Below are positions 34,841 to 45,854 of a DNA stretch of 64,000 bases, piece by piece. This DNA comes from an uncultured Chloroflexia bacterium (lineage in GTDB: Bacteria; Chloroflexota; Chloroflexia; Thermomicrobiales; UBA6265): the NCBI GenBank assembly GCA_963762985.1, contig CAVXMK010000024.1:4791-68790 (forward strand). The letters run 5' to 3'. Position 1 is the stretch's first letter, and the number at the start of each line of letters is the position of its first letter. The notes under the pieces are model-generated. The model had not been told where the DNA came from, did no database searches, and was given only the letters and a program-made list of their open reading frames with translations. Position numbers and translations under genes: made by a program.

Positions 34841-36173
34841 ATGAGCGACGCCCCGCGCGATCTGGGTCATGGTTTGCTTTTGCGCAAGGCGCGGCTGGAG
34901 GATCGCGAGACACTGGCCCAGCTCCACGCGACCATATTGGTCGACGTCGACGAGGAGGTTCCGGCGGCGCGTCTCTATTACTTCGTGCTCGATCTCATGA
35001 GCGGCGCCCACCCCCTGTGTCGGGCGGATGATTTCACCGTGGTCGAGGAGATGGCCACCGGGCGCATCGTCTCCTCGATGGTCCTCATCTCGCAGACGTG
35101 GACCTACGACGGGGTGCCGTTCAGGGTGGGGCAGCCGGATATCGTCAGCACGGACCCCGAGTATCGGCGGCGCGGTCTGGTGCGAGCGCAGTTGGCGGAG
35201 GTCCACCGCTGGAGCGCGGCGCGTGGCGAGCTGGTGCAGGGCATCACCGGCATTCCCTGGTACTACCGGCAGTTCGGCTACGAAATGGCGCTCAGCCTCG
35301 ATGCGTCCCGCGGCGCCTACCGGGCTGAATGTGCCCGCGCTGAAAGCTGGCGAATCGGAGCCGTTTGCGTTGCGCCCGGCCACAACCGACGATCTCCCGT
35401 TCATCATGGCGATGTACGAGCAGGGTGCGGCGCGCGCGGTGGTCGCCGCCGTGCGGGACGAGGAACTGTGGCGCTTCGACTTGGAACGACGGCACGAGCG
35501 CAACGGCACGAGCAGCCACATCCGCATCATCGAAGCGCGGGAGCGTCATGGCCCGCCCGTTGGTCTGCTGATCCACTCGCGCCGGCTGTGGGGGACCGAT
35601 CTGGGGGTGCGGCTGTGCGAAGTCCGGCCCGGCGTGCCCTGGCTGGCGGTGGCGCCGGGGATGATGCGCGCGCTCGACGCGACCGGGGTGGAGTACGCGG
35701 CCCGCGATGGCGGCGAGTATCAGGGCATCGTATTCGACCTGGGCGAGACCCATCCGTTGTACGACACCGTTGCCGATCGTTTGCCGAAGGTGGGCCGGCC
35801 GTATGCGTGGTATCTCCGAGTTCCCGATCTGGTGGCGTTTCTCAACCGCATTGCGCCGGCATTGGAGGGGCGGCTGGCAGAATCGCCGCAAGGCGGCTAC
35901 AGCGGCGAGCTGACAATCAGCTTCTTCCACTCGGGGATTCGCCTCGTGTTCGACGAGGGGCGCGTTGCCGTCGCAGATTGGCGGCCGGATCGGATCGAGG
36001 CAGGCGATGCGCTGTTTCCCGAATTGAGCTTTCTGCCGCTGCTGTTCGGGTTTCGCTCACTGGACGATGTGCAACGCGCCTACCCCGACTGCGCGGTCAA
36101 CACGGACGATGCCCGCGCGTTGCTGCCGATCCTGTTCCCGAAAACGGATTCGCAGGTCTGGTCTGGCGGTTGA
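34841..36173 (+). pseudogene. GNAT N-acetyltransferase (Eis-like, with sterol-carrier-like C-terminal region), frameshifted near 35318-35330
   Basis: ATG follows AGGAGAG. LLLRKARLEDRETLAQLH...DPEYRRRGLVRAQL...WYYRQFGYEMALSLDASRGAY continues in another frame as LNVPALKAGESEPFALRPATTDDLPFIMAMYEQG... Confidence 0.7.
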
Positions 36174-36190
36174 GCGGGTGGGCCGGGGCA

Positions 36191-37495
36191 TCACCCCGCG
36201 GGCTGGCCGGCTCGGCTCTGGCTTGTCGGCGACTCGACGCGTTGCCCGCGCGCGCCGATCTGGACCCAGATCACGAGCGCGGCGACGGCGAGCAGCAGCG
36301 CGCCGGCGGCGACGAATGTGGAGCGGAAGCCGAGGCTGGTGGCCAGGATGGCCCCCAGCAGCGGGCCGACGAACCCGCCTGCCCCGGAGAGGGCGGCGGT
36401 CAGCCCGAAGACGGCGCCGCGACGCTCCAGCGGGCTGAGGTGGGCGACAAGGGCGTTGGCGGACGGGATGAGGCCGCCGGCGGCCACGCCCATCAGCGCC
36501 TGCAAGACGGCGAGTTGCCACGGATCGCGGACGATGGCCATCGGCAGGTAGAGCAACCCCGCCGCGACGAGACTGATGGCCAGGACGCGCCGGTGGCCGG
36601 CGCGGTCCCCCAGGCGGCCCAGGTAGGCCGCGGCGAGGGCACTGGTGAACCCGGCCGCGCCGAGGACGAGACCGGAGAGCGTGGCCACATCGGGGTTGTC
36701 CGGGGCGAGCTCCTGCACGAAGAGGGGGATGATCGGCTGCATCGACATGGAGACCATGCGGACGACGAAGATCGAGGCGAGGACGGTGAGCATGGCAGCG
36801 GTGAAGAGGAAGGCGCCGCTCGTGCGGAACCGTCGCCAGCGGCCGTCGTCGCCGTTGGTCAAGGGGTGCCGGGCCACGGGGGCGAAGCGCTCGCGGGCGA
36901 AGAGGGCGACGAAGATGCCGCCGCAGAATAGCATGGCCGCGCTCAGCTCGAACGTGGCGCGGGGACCGACGCGGTCATAGGCGAAGCCACCGAAGAGGGG
37001 GCCAGCCGAGGCGCCGGCGAAGACGGCCGTCTGCACCATGCCGAGCGCGTAGCCGAGGCGCTTGCGGGGGGCGCTGGCGGCGACGAGGGCGGTGGCAGCG
37101 GCGACGGTGCCGGTGAGGGCGCCTTCCAGCATGCGCAGCGCCAGCAGTTGCCACGGGGCGACGGCGAACCCCATCAGCGCCACGGTGAGGGCGCCGCCGA
37201 AGAGTCCGCGCAGCAACATCGGTTTGCGGCCGTAGCGGTCGGCCATGAGGCCCCAAATCGGGGCGGTGATGGCCATGACGCCCGCGCCGGCGGCGTTGAT
37301 GGCGCCGGCCCAGAGCGCCTGCCCGGCGACGTCGGGCACCCCGAGCTCGCCGACATAAAAGGGCAGGAACGCCGCGCGGGAGGAGAACCCGATCAAGGCG
37401 AGGAGCTGGCCGGCCCAGACGGCGTAGAGGGTGACGGTCCAGCCGGGCTGCCCCGCCTCGGGATCGGCGGGGGGTGGGCCGGGGTCGGAGGTCAT
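36191..37495 (-). CDS. MFS transporter
   Basis: Twelve-TM-like protein with MADRYGRKPMLL (the MFS D-R-x-G-R-K/R motif). The start was set at MTSDPG (37495) because the upstream 25 codons are encoded by the GTCGAAA heptamer repeat. Confidence 0.85.
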   Translation of the reverse strand: MTSDPGPPPADPEAGQPGWTVTLYAVWAGQLLALIGFSSRAAFLPFYVGELGVPDVAGQALWAGAINAAGAGVMAITAPIWGLMADRYGRKPMLLRGLFGGALTVALMGFAVAPWQLLALRMLEGALTGTVAAATALVAASAPRKRLGYALGMVQTAVFAGASAGPLFGGFAYDRVGPRATFELSAAMLFCGGIFVALFARERFAPVARHPLTNGDDGRWRRFRTSGAFLFTAAMLTVLASIFVVRMVSMSMQPIIPLFVQELAPDNPDVATLSGLVLGAAGFTSALAAAYLGRLGDRAGHRRVLAISLVAAGLLYLPMAIVRDPWQLAVLQALMGVAAGGLIPSANALVAHLSPLERRGAVFGLTAALSGAGGFVGPLLGAILATSLGFRSTFVAAGALLLAVAALVIWVQIGARGQRVESPTSQSRAGQPAG

Positions 37496-37544
37496 GGCTT
37501 GGGAGTGTACGCAGGTCTGTGAGAGCGGGGAACCCCTGGTGTCA

Positions 37545-37565
37545 GTCGAAAGTCGAAAGTCGAAA
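37545..37565. repeat. Three tandem heptamers GTCGAAA
   Basis: gtcgaaa gtcgaaa gtcgaaa, between the divergent MFS and peptidase genes. Confidence 0.7.
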
Positions 37566-37608
37566 GTCATTGCCGCTCGGTGCGCGGGGAACCTCTACAC
37601 TTATCCGC

Positions 37609-39231
37609 ATGACGGCATCATCGACGGTGAACGAGGCGAACTCGTGGTCGTGGGCGCGGCGGCGAGGTGAAGAGGCGAAGCGAGCCGCGCTGCGCTGGAC
37701 GCTGGTGGCACTCCTGCTGCCGATGGTTTCCAGCACGGCCGCGCTGGCTCGAGACACGGCGACGGTTCCCGGCGAGACGGATCCGTTTGCCGATGTCGTT
37801 CCGGGCGCGCTGGCGCCGGCGGAGCGCGCGGCGGCGGAGCTGAGCGCCTACCGGATGGATGTGACGATCGATGAGGTTACCGGTGCGATCGGCGGCGAGA
37901 TGGCGCTCACCTGGCGCAATCCGGCCGCGGAGCCGCTGGGCGAGGTCTGGTTTCGACTCTTCCCCAATGCCTTCTATTACGGAGAGGGGGAGTTGACCGT
38001 TGCCAATGTGACGGTCGATGGCGAAGCGGTGGTTCCCGAGCTCGCCGTGGACGACACCGCGCTGGGGATACCGTTGCCGGTCCCCGTCGCGCCGGGGGAG
38101 AGCGCCGAGATCGCGCTCGATTTCATGGCTACAGTCCCGGCCGACTCGACCGGCTCCTATGGCATCTTCAGCCGCGACACCCGCAATGGAACCTGGGTGC
38201 TGGCCGACTGGTACCCGATCCTGGCGGTCTATGAAGAGGATGAAGGCTGGGTGCTGCCGGAACCGACCTCGTTCGGAGATCCGACCTATGCGCCGAGCGC
38301 GTTCTACGACGTGCGAATCACCGCCTCCGATGGTCTGGAGGTTGTCGCTACCGGCGTGGAGATGGCGGCGACGGACGCGGGGGACGCGATCGGCCAGCGG
38401 TTCATCGCCGGGCCGGCGCGCGATTTCGTCATCGTCGCCGACAACGACCATGCCCCGCTCAGCCGGGAGGTCGATGGCGCGCGATTGACCATCTGGACTG
38501 CGCCCGCGCTTGATCCCGCGGTGGCCGAGCAGACCCTGGAGGCCGCCGCGGACGCGTTGCGTTTCTACAACGAGCGCTTCGGTCCGTACCCGGCGCGGGA
38601 GATCGACCTGGTGCAGACCGATCCTTCCGGGGCGCTGGGCATCGCGTGGGCGGGGCTGCTCTTCCTCGATGGTCCGGCGCTGCTCGGCACCTACGGTGCG
38701 CACGACCCGGAGGGGCTGTCCACAGTGGTGGCGCACGAGGTGGGGCACCTGTGGTGGGGCATCCTGGTCGGCGGCGACTCGAACAAGCACGGGTACATCC
38801 AGGAGGGGTTGGCCACCGTCTCCTCGCTGCTCTACCTGGATGAGGCGCTCGGCGCCGAAGCGGCGGGGGTTCAGCTCGATGCCTGGGTAACTGGCCCGGC
38901 GCTGGATCTTCTGGCGGCGGGCGATGCGGTGGTCGATGTGCCGGTTCTCGAAGGGATGGACGAGACCAGCCGCTCGGCGGCGGCCTACGGCAAGGGCTCG
39001 CTCGGTTTCCTCGCCATTCGGCAAGAGATCGGGGCGGCGGCGTTCGAGGCGGCGTTGCGCGATCTGGTCAGCCGCTATGCGTGGGGCGAGATGACGCCGG
39101 AGCAACTGCGGGAAGGGTTCGAGCGGGCCTCCGGGCAGGATCTCTCCGCGCTGTGGAGCCATTGGTTCGACGAGGCGGCGATGACGCGGGAGGAGATCGA
39201 GGGCATCGCCGGCGTGGCGTTCGGATCGTAG
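37609..39231 (+). CDS. M1-family zinc metallopeptidase (aminopeptidase N-like), secreted
   Basis: HEVGHLWWG followed by the downstream Glu in YIQEGLATV (HEXXH-x18-E). Signal-like ALRWTLVALLLPMVSSTAALA. Confidence 0.85.
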   Translation: MTASSTVNEANSWSWARRRGEEAKRAALRWTLVALLLPMVSSTAALARDTATVPGETDPFADVVPGALAPAERAAAELSAYRMDVTIDEVTGAIGGEMALTWRNPAAEPLGEVWFRLFPNAFYYGEGELTVANVTVDGEAVVPELAVDDTALGIPLPVPVAPGESAEIALDFMATVPADSTGSYGIFSRDTRNGTWVLADWYPILAVYEEDEGWVLPEPTSFGDPTYAPSAFYDVRITASDGLEVVATGVEMAATDAGDAIGQRFIAGPARDFVIVADNDHAPLSREVDGARLTIWTAPALDPAVAEQTLEAAADALRFYNERFGPYPAREIDLVQTDPSGALGIAWAGLLFLDGPALLGTYGAHDPEGLSTVVAHEVGHLWWGILVGGDSNKHGYIQEGLATVSSLLYLDEALGAEAAGVQLDAWVTGPALDLLAAGDAVVDVPVLEGMDETSRSAAAYGKGSLGFLAIRQEIGAAAFEAALRDLVSRYAWGEMTPEQLREGFERASGQDLSALWSHWFDEAAMTREEIEGIAGVAFGS

Positions 39232-39286
39232 CGATCCTGTGCCGACCGCAAGGGCGAGCGCGCCGATATCGACACGATGATAGGCG

Positions 39287-42200
39287 TCAAGCGGGTGCTC
39301 TCTCCTCGATTTCCACCGCGATGGATATGGCCTCGGTGACGGCCTCTTCGGGCCGTAGTGCGGCGCCCTCGTCCTGGGCGAGCGTGAAGGGAGATGCGCC
39401 GAGCTCGGTTTCGGCCGCGGCCAGATCCCGGGCGCGGCGTTCGGCGGCGTAGCCATGGAGGTGGAGGTCTTCGGGAGCGCGCCACGCTTCCTCGGCCGCG
39501 AGGAGGCGGACGGCTTGTGCCGCCCGACCTTCTGCCAGGGCGAGGGACGCTACGCCCTGGAGGGCGCCGACTAACGCGCGCGCATCGGCCAGCTCCCGCG
39601 CGGCGGTGAGACCCGCCTGGTAGGTTCTAGCGGCGGCCGTAGTGTCTCCCCGGGCGAGGAGGGCATCGGCCAGGCTGACCTGCAGGAGGGCGATGGCGCT
39701 GGGGTCGCCACGCTCGCGCGCGATCGCCAGCGCCTCTTCGAACAGCGTCGTCGCCGCGTCGAACGCCCCCTGGCTGAGCCGGATGTCCCCAAGATCGTTG
39801 TAGTTCTGGGCGATGCTGATTCGCGAGCCGCTGTCGCGGTAGTGCGTCTCGGCCTCTTGCAGGAGTGTCGCCGCGCGGTCGAGGTCGCCCTGTGCGACCG
39901 CGATGTTGCCGAGCAGATGCAGGGCCTGGCCCTCGATCAGCCGGAAGCCGAGTGCCCTGGCATCAGCTTGCGCCACCTCGGCAAGTTCCCTCGCCGAGTC
40001 GAGATCGCCCTGGGCAAAGACCGTGGCGCCGAGCGCCGCGCGCACATAACAGCTGAACGCGCGATCCCCCAGGACCGCCACTTCCGCCAGCGATTGTTCG
40101 AACAACCGTCTGGCCTCGCTGATCCGCCCCGTCACCCGTGCCGCATTGCCGAGGCCATACAGCGCGATGGCCGCTCCCCACCGTTCCCCGGACTCGCGGA
40201 AGGCTTCGCGCGCCCGCGTGGTGAGCTCGCCCGCTCGTCGGTGGTCTCCGGCCAGCCGTGTGGCGGCGCCGAGATTGAGCAGGGCCCAGCCTTTGCCTCG
40301 GACATCGTCAAGCGTGTCGGCCAGGTGTAGCGCTTCGTTCGCGCGGGCTTTGGCGACGCCGAGGTCGCTCTGGTTCCAGGCCAGAAAGCTGGTCCAGTTG
40401 AGGGCCGTCATGCGCAATGGGCCGGGCGTCGACGGGTCGGCAAGCGCCCGCTCCAGCCAGGCCCGCCCATCGCTGAGCCGCCCACGCAGGAACCAATACC
40501 AATGCTGGCCGGCCGCGAGCCGCAGCGCCGATTCCGGATCGTGACGCAGCGTCCAGCGCAGGGCCGCGCGCAGATTGTCGCGCTCAGCGTCCATCTGCCC
40601 CATCTGCTCGACCTGGCGCGGCCCGCTCATGTGGGGTGCGATGGATGCGACCCAGTCGGTGAAGTAGCGCGCGTGTCTGGAGGAGATCTCATCGGCTTCC
40701 CCGCTCTCGTCCAGGCGCTCCAACCCGAACTCGCGGACCGTCTCCAGCATGAGGAAACGCGGCTCGCCGCCCGGCTGCTCGTCCTGGCGCAACAGGCTGT
40801 GCTCGACCAGGTGCTCCAAGCCGCCGAAGACATCCAGCTCCCGATTCTCGCCCTCGGTCTCCCACTGTCCGCCCGCGACCGTTTCCGCGGCCTCGAGGGT
40901 GCAGCCACCGGCAAAGATCGCCAGTCGCCGAAACAGGGTTTGCTCGGCGGGTTCGAGCAGGTCGTAGCTCCAGCCGATGGCGTCCCGTAGTGTGCGCTGT
41001 CGTTGCGGCGCGTCGCGGGCGCCGCCGGTCAGCAGCGGCAAGCGCCGCTCCAGCCGCGCCAGCATGGCCTGTGGCGGAAGCATGCGGATGCGGGCCGCGG
41101 CCAGCTCAATGGCCAGCGGCAGGCCATCGAGTCGCCAGCAGATCTCGGCAATCGCCGGAGCCGTCTCGTTGTCGACGGCGAAGTCCGGCTTGACCGCCTG
41201 CGCCCGGGCGATGAAGAGCCGCACCGCGTCGTACTGGGTGAGTTGCTCGGCCGTGGGTGGTGGCTTGCGGGGCGGCAGGTCGAGCGCCGGCACCGGGTAC
41301 TCGCGCTCGGCGCGCACATGGAGGGGCGTGCGGCTCGTGGCCAGGACCTTGAGCGATGGGGCGGCGGCGAGAAGCTCGGCGACGAGCGGCGCGGCCTCGA
41401 TGAGGTGCTCGACGTTGTCGAGCAGGAGGAGGACATCCCTGGCGGCCAGGAACTCGTGGAGCCGATCGGTGAGCGGGCGCCCACCTTCCTCGCGGACGCC
41501 GAGGGCGGCGGCGATGGCGGAGGGAACCAGGGCGGGGTCGGTGAGGGGCGCCAGGGCGACGAAAAAGACACCGTCGGCGAACTCGTCGATGGCGTCCGCG
41601 GCGACCTGCAACGCAAGGCGGGTCTTGCCGCTGCCACCGGGACCGGTCAACGTCAGGAGGCGGACATCGGGCCGACGCAGGAGCGCGGCAACCTCCGCTA
41701 CCTCGTCGTCCCGGCCGAGGAAGGGGGTCGGTTGCAGCGGCAGGTTGTTCGGGTGAGCCCGCAGGGAGCGGAGCGGCGGAAAATCGGCGGGCAGATCGGG
41801 GTGGGCGAGCTGGAAGACGCGCTCCGGCTCGAGCAAGTCACGCAAGCGGTGGTCCCCGAGATCGTTGAGCGAGACATCCGCGGGCAGGCTGTCGCGGGCC
41901 AACTGCTGGACGGCCTGGGAGAGGAGAATCTGGCCGCCGTGCGCGGTGGCCAGCAACCGCGAGAGGCGGTTGAGAGGGGCGGCGAGGTAGTCGCCGCGCT
42001 CGTCCGGGACCGCTTCCCCGGCGTGCAGCGCCATGCGGACGCGGAGCGGGCCTGCTCCGCCCCAGTTTTCGGCGAGGAGGGTCTGTTGGGCCTCCAGTGC
42101 CGCGGTCACGGCCTGCGGGGCGGTTGGGAAGGCGGCCTGGATGCCATCGCCGACGGTCTTGAAACGGACGCCGTTGTGAGCGGCGATAGCCCGATCGAGC

Positions 42201-42319
42201 AGCGCCAGGTGGCGGTCGACGGCCGACCGCATGGCGGTGCGATCGCGTTCCCAGAGGCTGGTGGAACCCTCGATATCGGTGAAGAGGAAGGTGACGGTGC
42301 CGTCGGGAAGCTCAGGCAT
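39287..42319 (-). CDS. Class III adenylate/guanylate cyclase domain fused to a STAND-type ATPase and TPR repeats
   Basis: N-terminal VTFLFTDIEGSTSLWE...FKTVGDGIQAAF, Walker A GPGGSGKTRLA, and a long C-terminal TPR-like region. There is no LuxR HTH. Confidence 0.85.
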   Translation of the reverse strand: MPELPDGTVTFLFTDIEGSTSLWERDRTAMRSAVDRHLALLDRAIAAHNGVRFKTVGDGIQAAFPTAPQAVTAALEAQQTLLAENWGGAGPLRVRMALHAGEAVPDERGDYLAAPLNRLSRLLATAHGGQILLSQAVQQLARDSLPADVSLNDLGDHRLRDLLEPERVFQLAHPDLPADFPPLRSLRAHPNNLPLQPTPFLGRDDEVAEVAALLRRPDVRLLTLTGPGGSGKTRLALQVAADAIDEFADGVFFVALAPLTDPALVPSAIAAALGVREEGGRPLTDRLHEFLAARDVLLLLDNVEHLIEAAPLVAELLAAAPSLKVLATSRTPLHVRAEREYPVPALDLPPRKPPPTAEQLTQYDAVRLFIARAQAVKPDFAVDNETAPAIAEICWRLDGLPLAIELAAARIRMLPPQAMLARLERRLPLLTGGARDAPQRQRTLRDAIGWSYDLLEPAEQTLFRRLAIFAGGCTLEAAETVAGGQWETEGENRELDVFGGLEHLVEHSLLRQDEQPGGEPRFLMLETVREFGLERLDESGEADEISSRHARYFTDWVASIAPHMSGPRQVEQMGQMDAERDNLRAALRWTLRHDPESALRLAAGQHWYWFLRGRLSDGRAWLERALADPSTPGPLRMTALNWTSFLAWNQSDLGVAKARANEALHLADTLDDVRGKGWALLNLGAATRLAGDHRRAGELTTRAREAFRESGERWGAAIALYGLGNAARVTGRISEARRLFEQSLAEVAVLGDRAFSCYVRAALGATVFAQGDLDSARELAEVAQADARALGFRLIEGQALHLLGNIAVAQGDLDRAATLLQEAETHYRDSGSRISIAQNYNDLGDIRLSQGAFDAATTLFEEALAIARERGDPSAIALLQVSLADALLARGDTTAAARTYQAGLTAARELADARALVGALQGVASLALAEGRAAQAVRLLAAEEAWRAPEDLHLHGYAAERRARDLAAAETELGASPFTLAQDEGAALRPEEAVTEAISIAVEIEERAPA

Positions 42320-42333
42320 GAACTGCTTTCGGG

Positions 42334-42699
42334 ATGGACCGGTCCGGTAGCCGCCGCGACCGATGTGAGTTCAGCCGCACTGCACCGTGCAGTATCCAGA
42401 ATTGGCGTAGGGATGACGAGTTGGGTGCTTCACCGGGCTTGGTTGCGGAGAGGCGGCGGCTGGCATGGTGGCATTGGGCGTTGCTTGACAGCGACAAGCG
42501 ATACTGGGGGCGGCTCAAAGCGCGGCAGCTCCCACCGGCGGAGGATGCCACGAGCGCAGAGATCACCTTTTCGTACACCCATAGGGCGAGTGGCGAGCGG
42601 GGCGAGATCGCGGTGACGGTGCTGCCGGATGGCGCGGTGATGACGCAGACGGAATCGGCCGATCCCGAGCTTGTCGAGGCCCCACAATATCGGACCTAG
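42334..42699 (+). CDS. Hypothetical protein (start uncertain)
   Basis: Only the 3' two-thirds (...EITFSYTHRASGERGEIAVTVLPDGAVMTQTESADPELVEAPQYRT) has coding-like codon usage. No domain recognised. Confidence 0.3.
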   Translation: MDRSGSRRDRCEFSRTAPCSIQNWRRDDELGASPGLVAERRRLAWWHWALLDSDKRYWGRLKARQLPPAEDATSAEITFSYTHRASGERGEIAVTVLPDGAVMTQTESADPELVEAPQYRT

Positions 42700-42862
42700 G
42701 TGCGCCGGGTGGTGCCAGCCGATGGCCTGCTGGCCGGGGCGGGCACGTCTTTTCAAGCTCTGGCCGCGGGCACGAGTCTTGCGGCGATCTGGCGCGGTAA
42801 CTGACAGCATGGCGCCCGGAACGGGGCGATCGGCGGATCGACAATGCGGAGGAGAGAGCGGC

Positions 42863-44062
42863 ATGACCCGTGACCTCGTGCTGACCCGACGTGCGATGCT
42901 ACGCGGCGCTGCCGGCGCCGGGGCCATGGGAATCGCTGGCTATCCGGCCATCGGGCTGACCCAGGGCGCCACTCCGGTGGCGACGCCGGTGCCGCTCGCG
43001 CGGGTGCCGCTGTGGCAGCCGGCGTGGGAGAACGGCATCGTCTACGGCACCTCGGCGACGACCTGGCAACTGGATGACGCGGAGTACGCAAGTCTCGTCG
43101 TCCACGAGGCGGCCATCCTCTTTACCGAGGACGATCTGCTCTGGTGGCGGCTGAAGCCGGCACCGGATGCCGCGCTCGATTTCCAGTTCGCCGACCGCTT
43201 CATCGACTTCGCCGAATCCAATGGGCAACTGGTGCTGGGCGCGCACCTCGTCTGGGACGAGGGGTTCGGCGAGGGGTGGACGGACGATGACATCTGGGGG
43301 TTGGACGAAGAGGCGGCCAGCAGCCTCCTGTACGGCACGGTGGAGGAGGTCGTCAGCCGGTATCGGGGCCGGGTGGCAGGCTGGATCGTGGTCAACGAGG
43401 TGATCGACGCCCACGAGGAGGACGGGCTGCGCCGGGACTATCCCTGGTACGAGACGATCGGGCCGTCGTTCATCGCGGAGTCGTTCCGGATCGCCCACGA
43501 GGCGGATCCCGAGGCGACGTTGGTGCTCAACGAGTTCGGGTTCGAGACCGATTCCGAGTTCGACGCGGCCGCGGACAGACGGGCGAACGCACTGCTGGTG
43601 CTCGACCAGTTGCTGGAGGAGGATGCCCCGGTTCATGCTTTCGGGGTGCAGGCGCACCTGTCGGCGGCTGGATTTGCGGAGAACTTCGACGCCGAGGGCT
43701 ATCGGCAGTTCCTGGCGGACCTTGCCGCGCGCGGGATGAAGATCATCATCAGCGAGCTGGATGTGCTGGACGATGACCTCCCTGCCGATGTGGCCGAGCG
43801 GGATGCCGCTATTGCCGACGCCACGAGGCTCTATCTCGACACGGCGTTGCAGGAGCCGGCCGTCGCCTCGGTGATCACCTTCGGCCTCTCCGACCGCTAT
43901 ACGTGGCTGCAGGAGGATTATCCCCGCGAGGATGGGGAGGCGCGACGGCCGCTGCCGTTCGATGATGCGCTGGAACCGAAGCCGATGTACGAGGCGCTGC
44001 TGGGGGCGCTGGAACAGGCTCCGGAGCGGGAGCCGTTGTGGGTGCCGCCGCGGGCGGAATGA
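42863..44062 (+). CDS. Tat-exported glycoside hydrolase family 10 (endo-beta-1,4-xylanase-like)
   Basis: Leader MTRDLVLTRRAMLRGAAGAGAMG. Acid/base region WIVVNEVID, nucleophile region IIISELDV, and GVQAHL. Confidence 0.8.
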   Translation: MTRDLVLTRRAMLRGAAGAGAMGIAGYPAIGLTQGATPVATPVPLARVPLWQPAWENGIVYGTSATTWQLDDAEYASLVVHEAAILFTEDDLLWWRLKPAPDAALDFQFADRFIDFAESNGQLVLGAHLVWDEGFGEGWTDDDIWGLDEEAASSLLYGTVEEVVSRYRGRVAGWIVVNEVIDAHEEDGLRRDYPWYETIGPSFIAESFRIAHEADPEATLVLNEFGFETDSEFDAAADRRANALLVLDQLLEEDAPVHAFGVQAHLSAAGFAENFDAEGYRQFLADLAARGMKIIISELDVLDDDLPADVAERDAAIADATRLYLDTALQEPAVASVITFGLSDRYTWLQEDYPREDGEARRPLPFDDALEPKPMYEALLGALEQAPEREPLWVPPRAE

Positions 44063-44167
44063 GCGGGGTGTTGCTGGCCACGCGCTACGCCAGAGACGCC
44101 TGAGCGCAGCGGTCGTATGCTTCTCATCACACCCGGGACCCATCGCCGAGCGATGAAGGAGCACGAC

Positions 44168-45733
44168 ATGGCAGCGACCAGCATGCTCTGGAGCGTCTAT
44201 CAGGATTTGCGTGCGGGGCGAATCTCGCGGCGGACCCTTCTGCAACGGGCGACGGCGCTGGGCGTCGCGGCCCCGGTTGCCCTGGGACTGCTGCGCCTGA
44301 CGGACGTGGCCGCGCAAGAGGCGACGCCGGGGGCCGGAACGATGGCCGCGGCGCCCACCAGCGGCACAGAGGGACAGGAATGCGGCGCGGGCGGCGAACT
44401 GCGCATCCTGCATGCAGTGGCAGGCGCCGACGACGCTGAACATGCATCTGGCCGGCAGCTTCAAGGATCAGCTCGCCGCCTGTCTGGTGACTGCGCCGCT
44501 GATCCACTTCCTGCCCGATGCCACGCCGATCAGAGCGGCGGCATCCTGCCCGCGCACATCCTTTCCGCGGGGAGCGAGGCGGCGGCGGCGTTCGCGATCA
44601 CACCGATCGGCACGGGGCCGTACGTGGTCGACTCGTTCGCGCCAAACGATACCGTTCAGTACTCGATCAACCCGAACTACCGCGAGCCGAACAATCCCTA
44701 CTTCGCCACGGTCAATCTCAAGGGGGGCGACGACGCGGCCACCGCGGCGCGGGCGGTGCTGCTAACGGGCGACTGGGACTTCGCCTGGAACCTGCAAGTC
44801 GATTCCGAGATTCTCGCCGAGCTGATGGAAGGGGGAGCGGGCGACCTGGTCATCATCCCGGGCACCGCCGTCGAGTTCCTCACCCTCAACTTTTCTGACC
44901 CGACGGCAGAGGTCGATGGGCAACGCTCGCAATGGCAGACGCCCAATCCGGTGCTCAGCGACAAGGCCGTGCGGCAGGCGATGGCCCTCGGCGTCGATCG
45001 GCAGGCGATCTCGGAAAACTTCTATTTCGGACTTCCGGGTGAGCCGCCGACGTCCAACAATCTCGTTGGCATCGCCGGCGCGGAGTCGCCCAACACCAGT
45101 TAGGCGTTCGGCATCGATGCGGGCAACGCCCTGCTGGTTGAGGCGGGGTGGACCCTGAACGGCGCGGTGCGCGAGAAGGGCGGCGTGCCGCTGAATCTCA
45201 CCTTCGCCACCTCGCAAAGTGAGGTGCGCCAGAACACCCAGGCGGTCATCAAGGGCGATTGGGAGGAGATGGGGTTCGCCGTCGAGTTGTTGCAGATCGA
45301 AGCGATCGTCTTCTTCGATACCTCAGCCGGGAACGACCAGACGTTCTATCACATGTACCGGGACGTGCACGAGTACGCCTGGAGCCCGGCCGGGCCCTAC
45401 CCGCTGTCGTACATGCTGCGCTGGGTGAGCCACGACGGCGAGAACATCCCGCAGGAGGAGAACGGCTGGGCGGTGTTCAACGAGGCGCGTTACCACAATC
45501 CCGAGTACGACGCGCTCTACGACGAGGCGGCGCGGGAGACCGACCCGCAGCGGGCGGCAGAGCTGTTCATCCAAGATGAACGACATTCTCATAGAGGACG
45601 TCGTGGTCATCCCGCTGGTGCAGCGGGCGACGGAGAAGTACGGGTTGGCCGCGGATCTCAACAAGGAGAACATCGCTGGCGGGCCGTTCGAGTCGCTGTC
45701 TGGAATATTGCGAACTGGAACCGAACTGGCTGA
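44168..45733 (+). pseudogene. ABC transporter substrate-binding protein (SBP family 5), heavily degraded
   Basis: The Tat leader RISRRTLLQRATALGVAAPVALGLL is intact. The frame switches near 44405 and back near 44530, with an internal deletion. An in-frame TAG lies at 45101-45103 (SPNTS*AFGIDAGNALLVEAGW). A further pair of frame switches lies near 45570 and 45700. The native end WNIANWNRTG stops at 45731-45733. Confidence 0.7.
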
Positions 45734-45754
45734 GTCGGAAGTCGAAAGTCGAAA
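45734..45754. repeat. Three tandem heptamers GTCGGAA/GTCGAAA directly after a stop codon
   Basis: gtcggaa gtcgaaa gtcgaaa. An 18-bp perfect palindrome ggcacggcatgccgtgcc follows at about 45791. Confidence 0.7.
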
Positions 45755-45854
45755 GTCGTACGGACGACGGAAGAGACGCGTCGCCGCGTCTGGGCACGGC
45801 ATGCCGTGCCTCTACCGGCCGTTGGGGGATTCGACCTGGCCTCCCGCCTTCGTT

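Noticed and set aside
34778-36931. 717-aa ORF
   Set aside because: Only the first ~180 codons are GNAT-like. After the frameshift point the ORF reads nonsense and then runs antisense through the MFS transporter gene.
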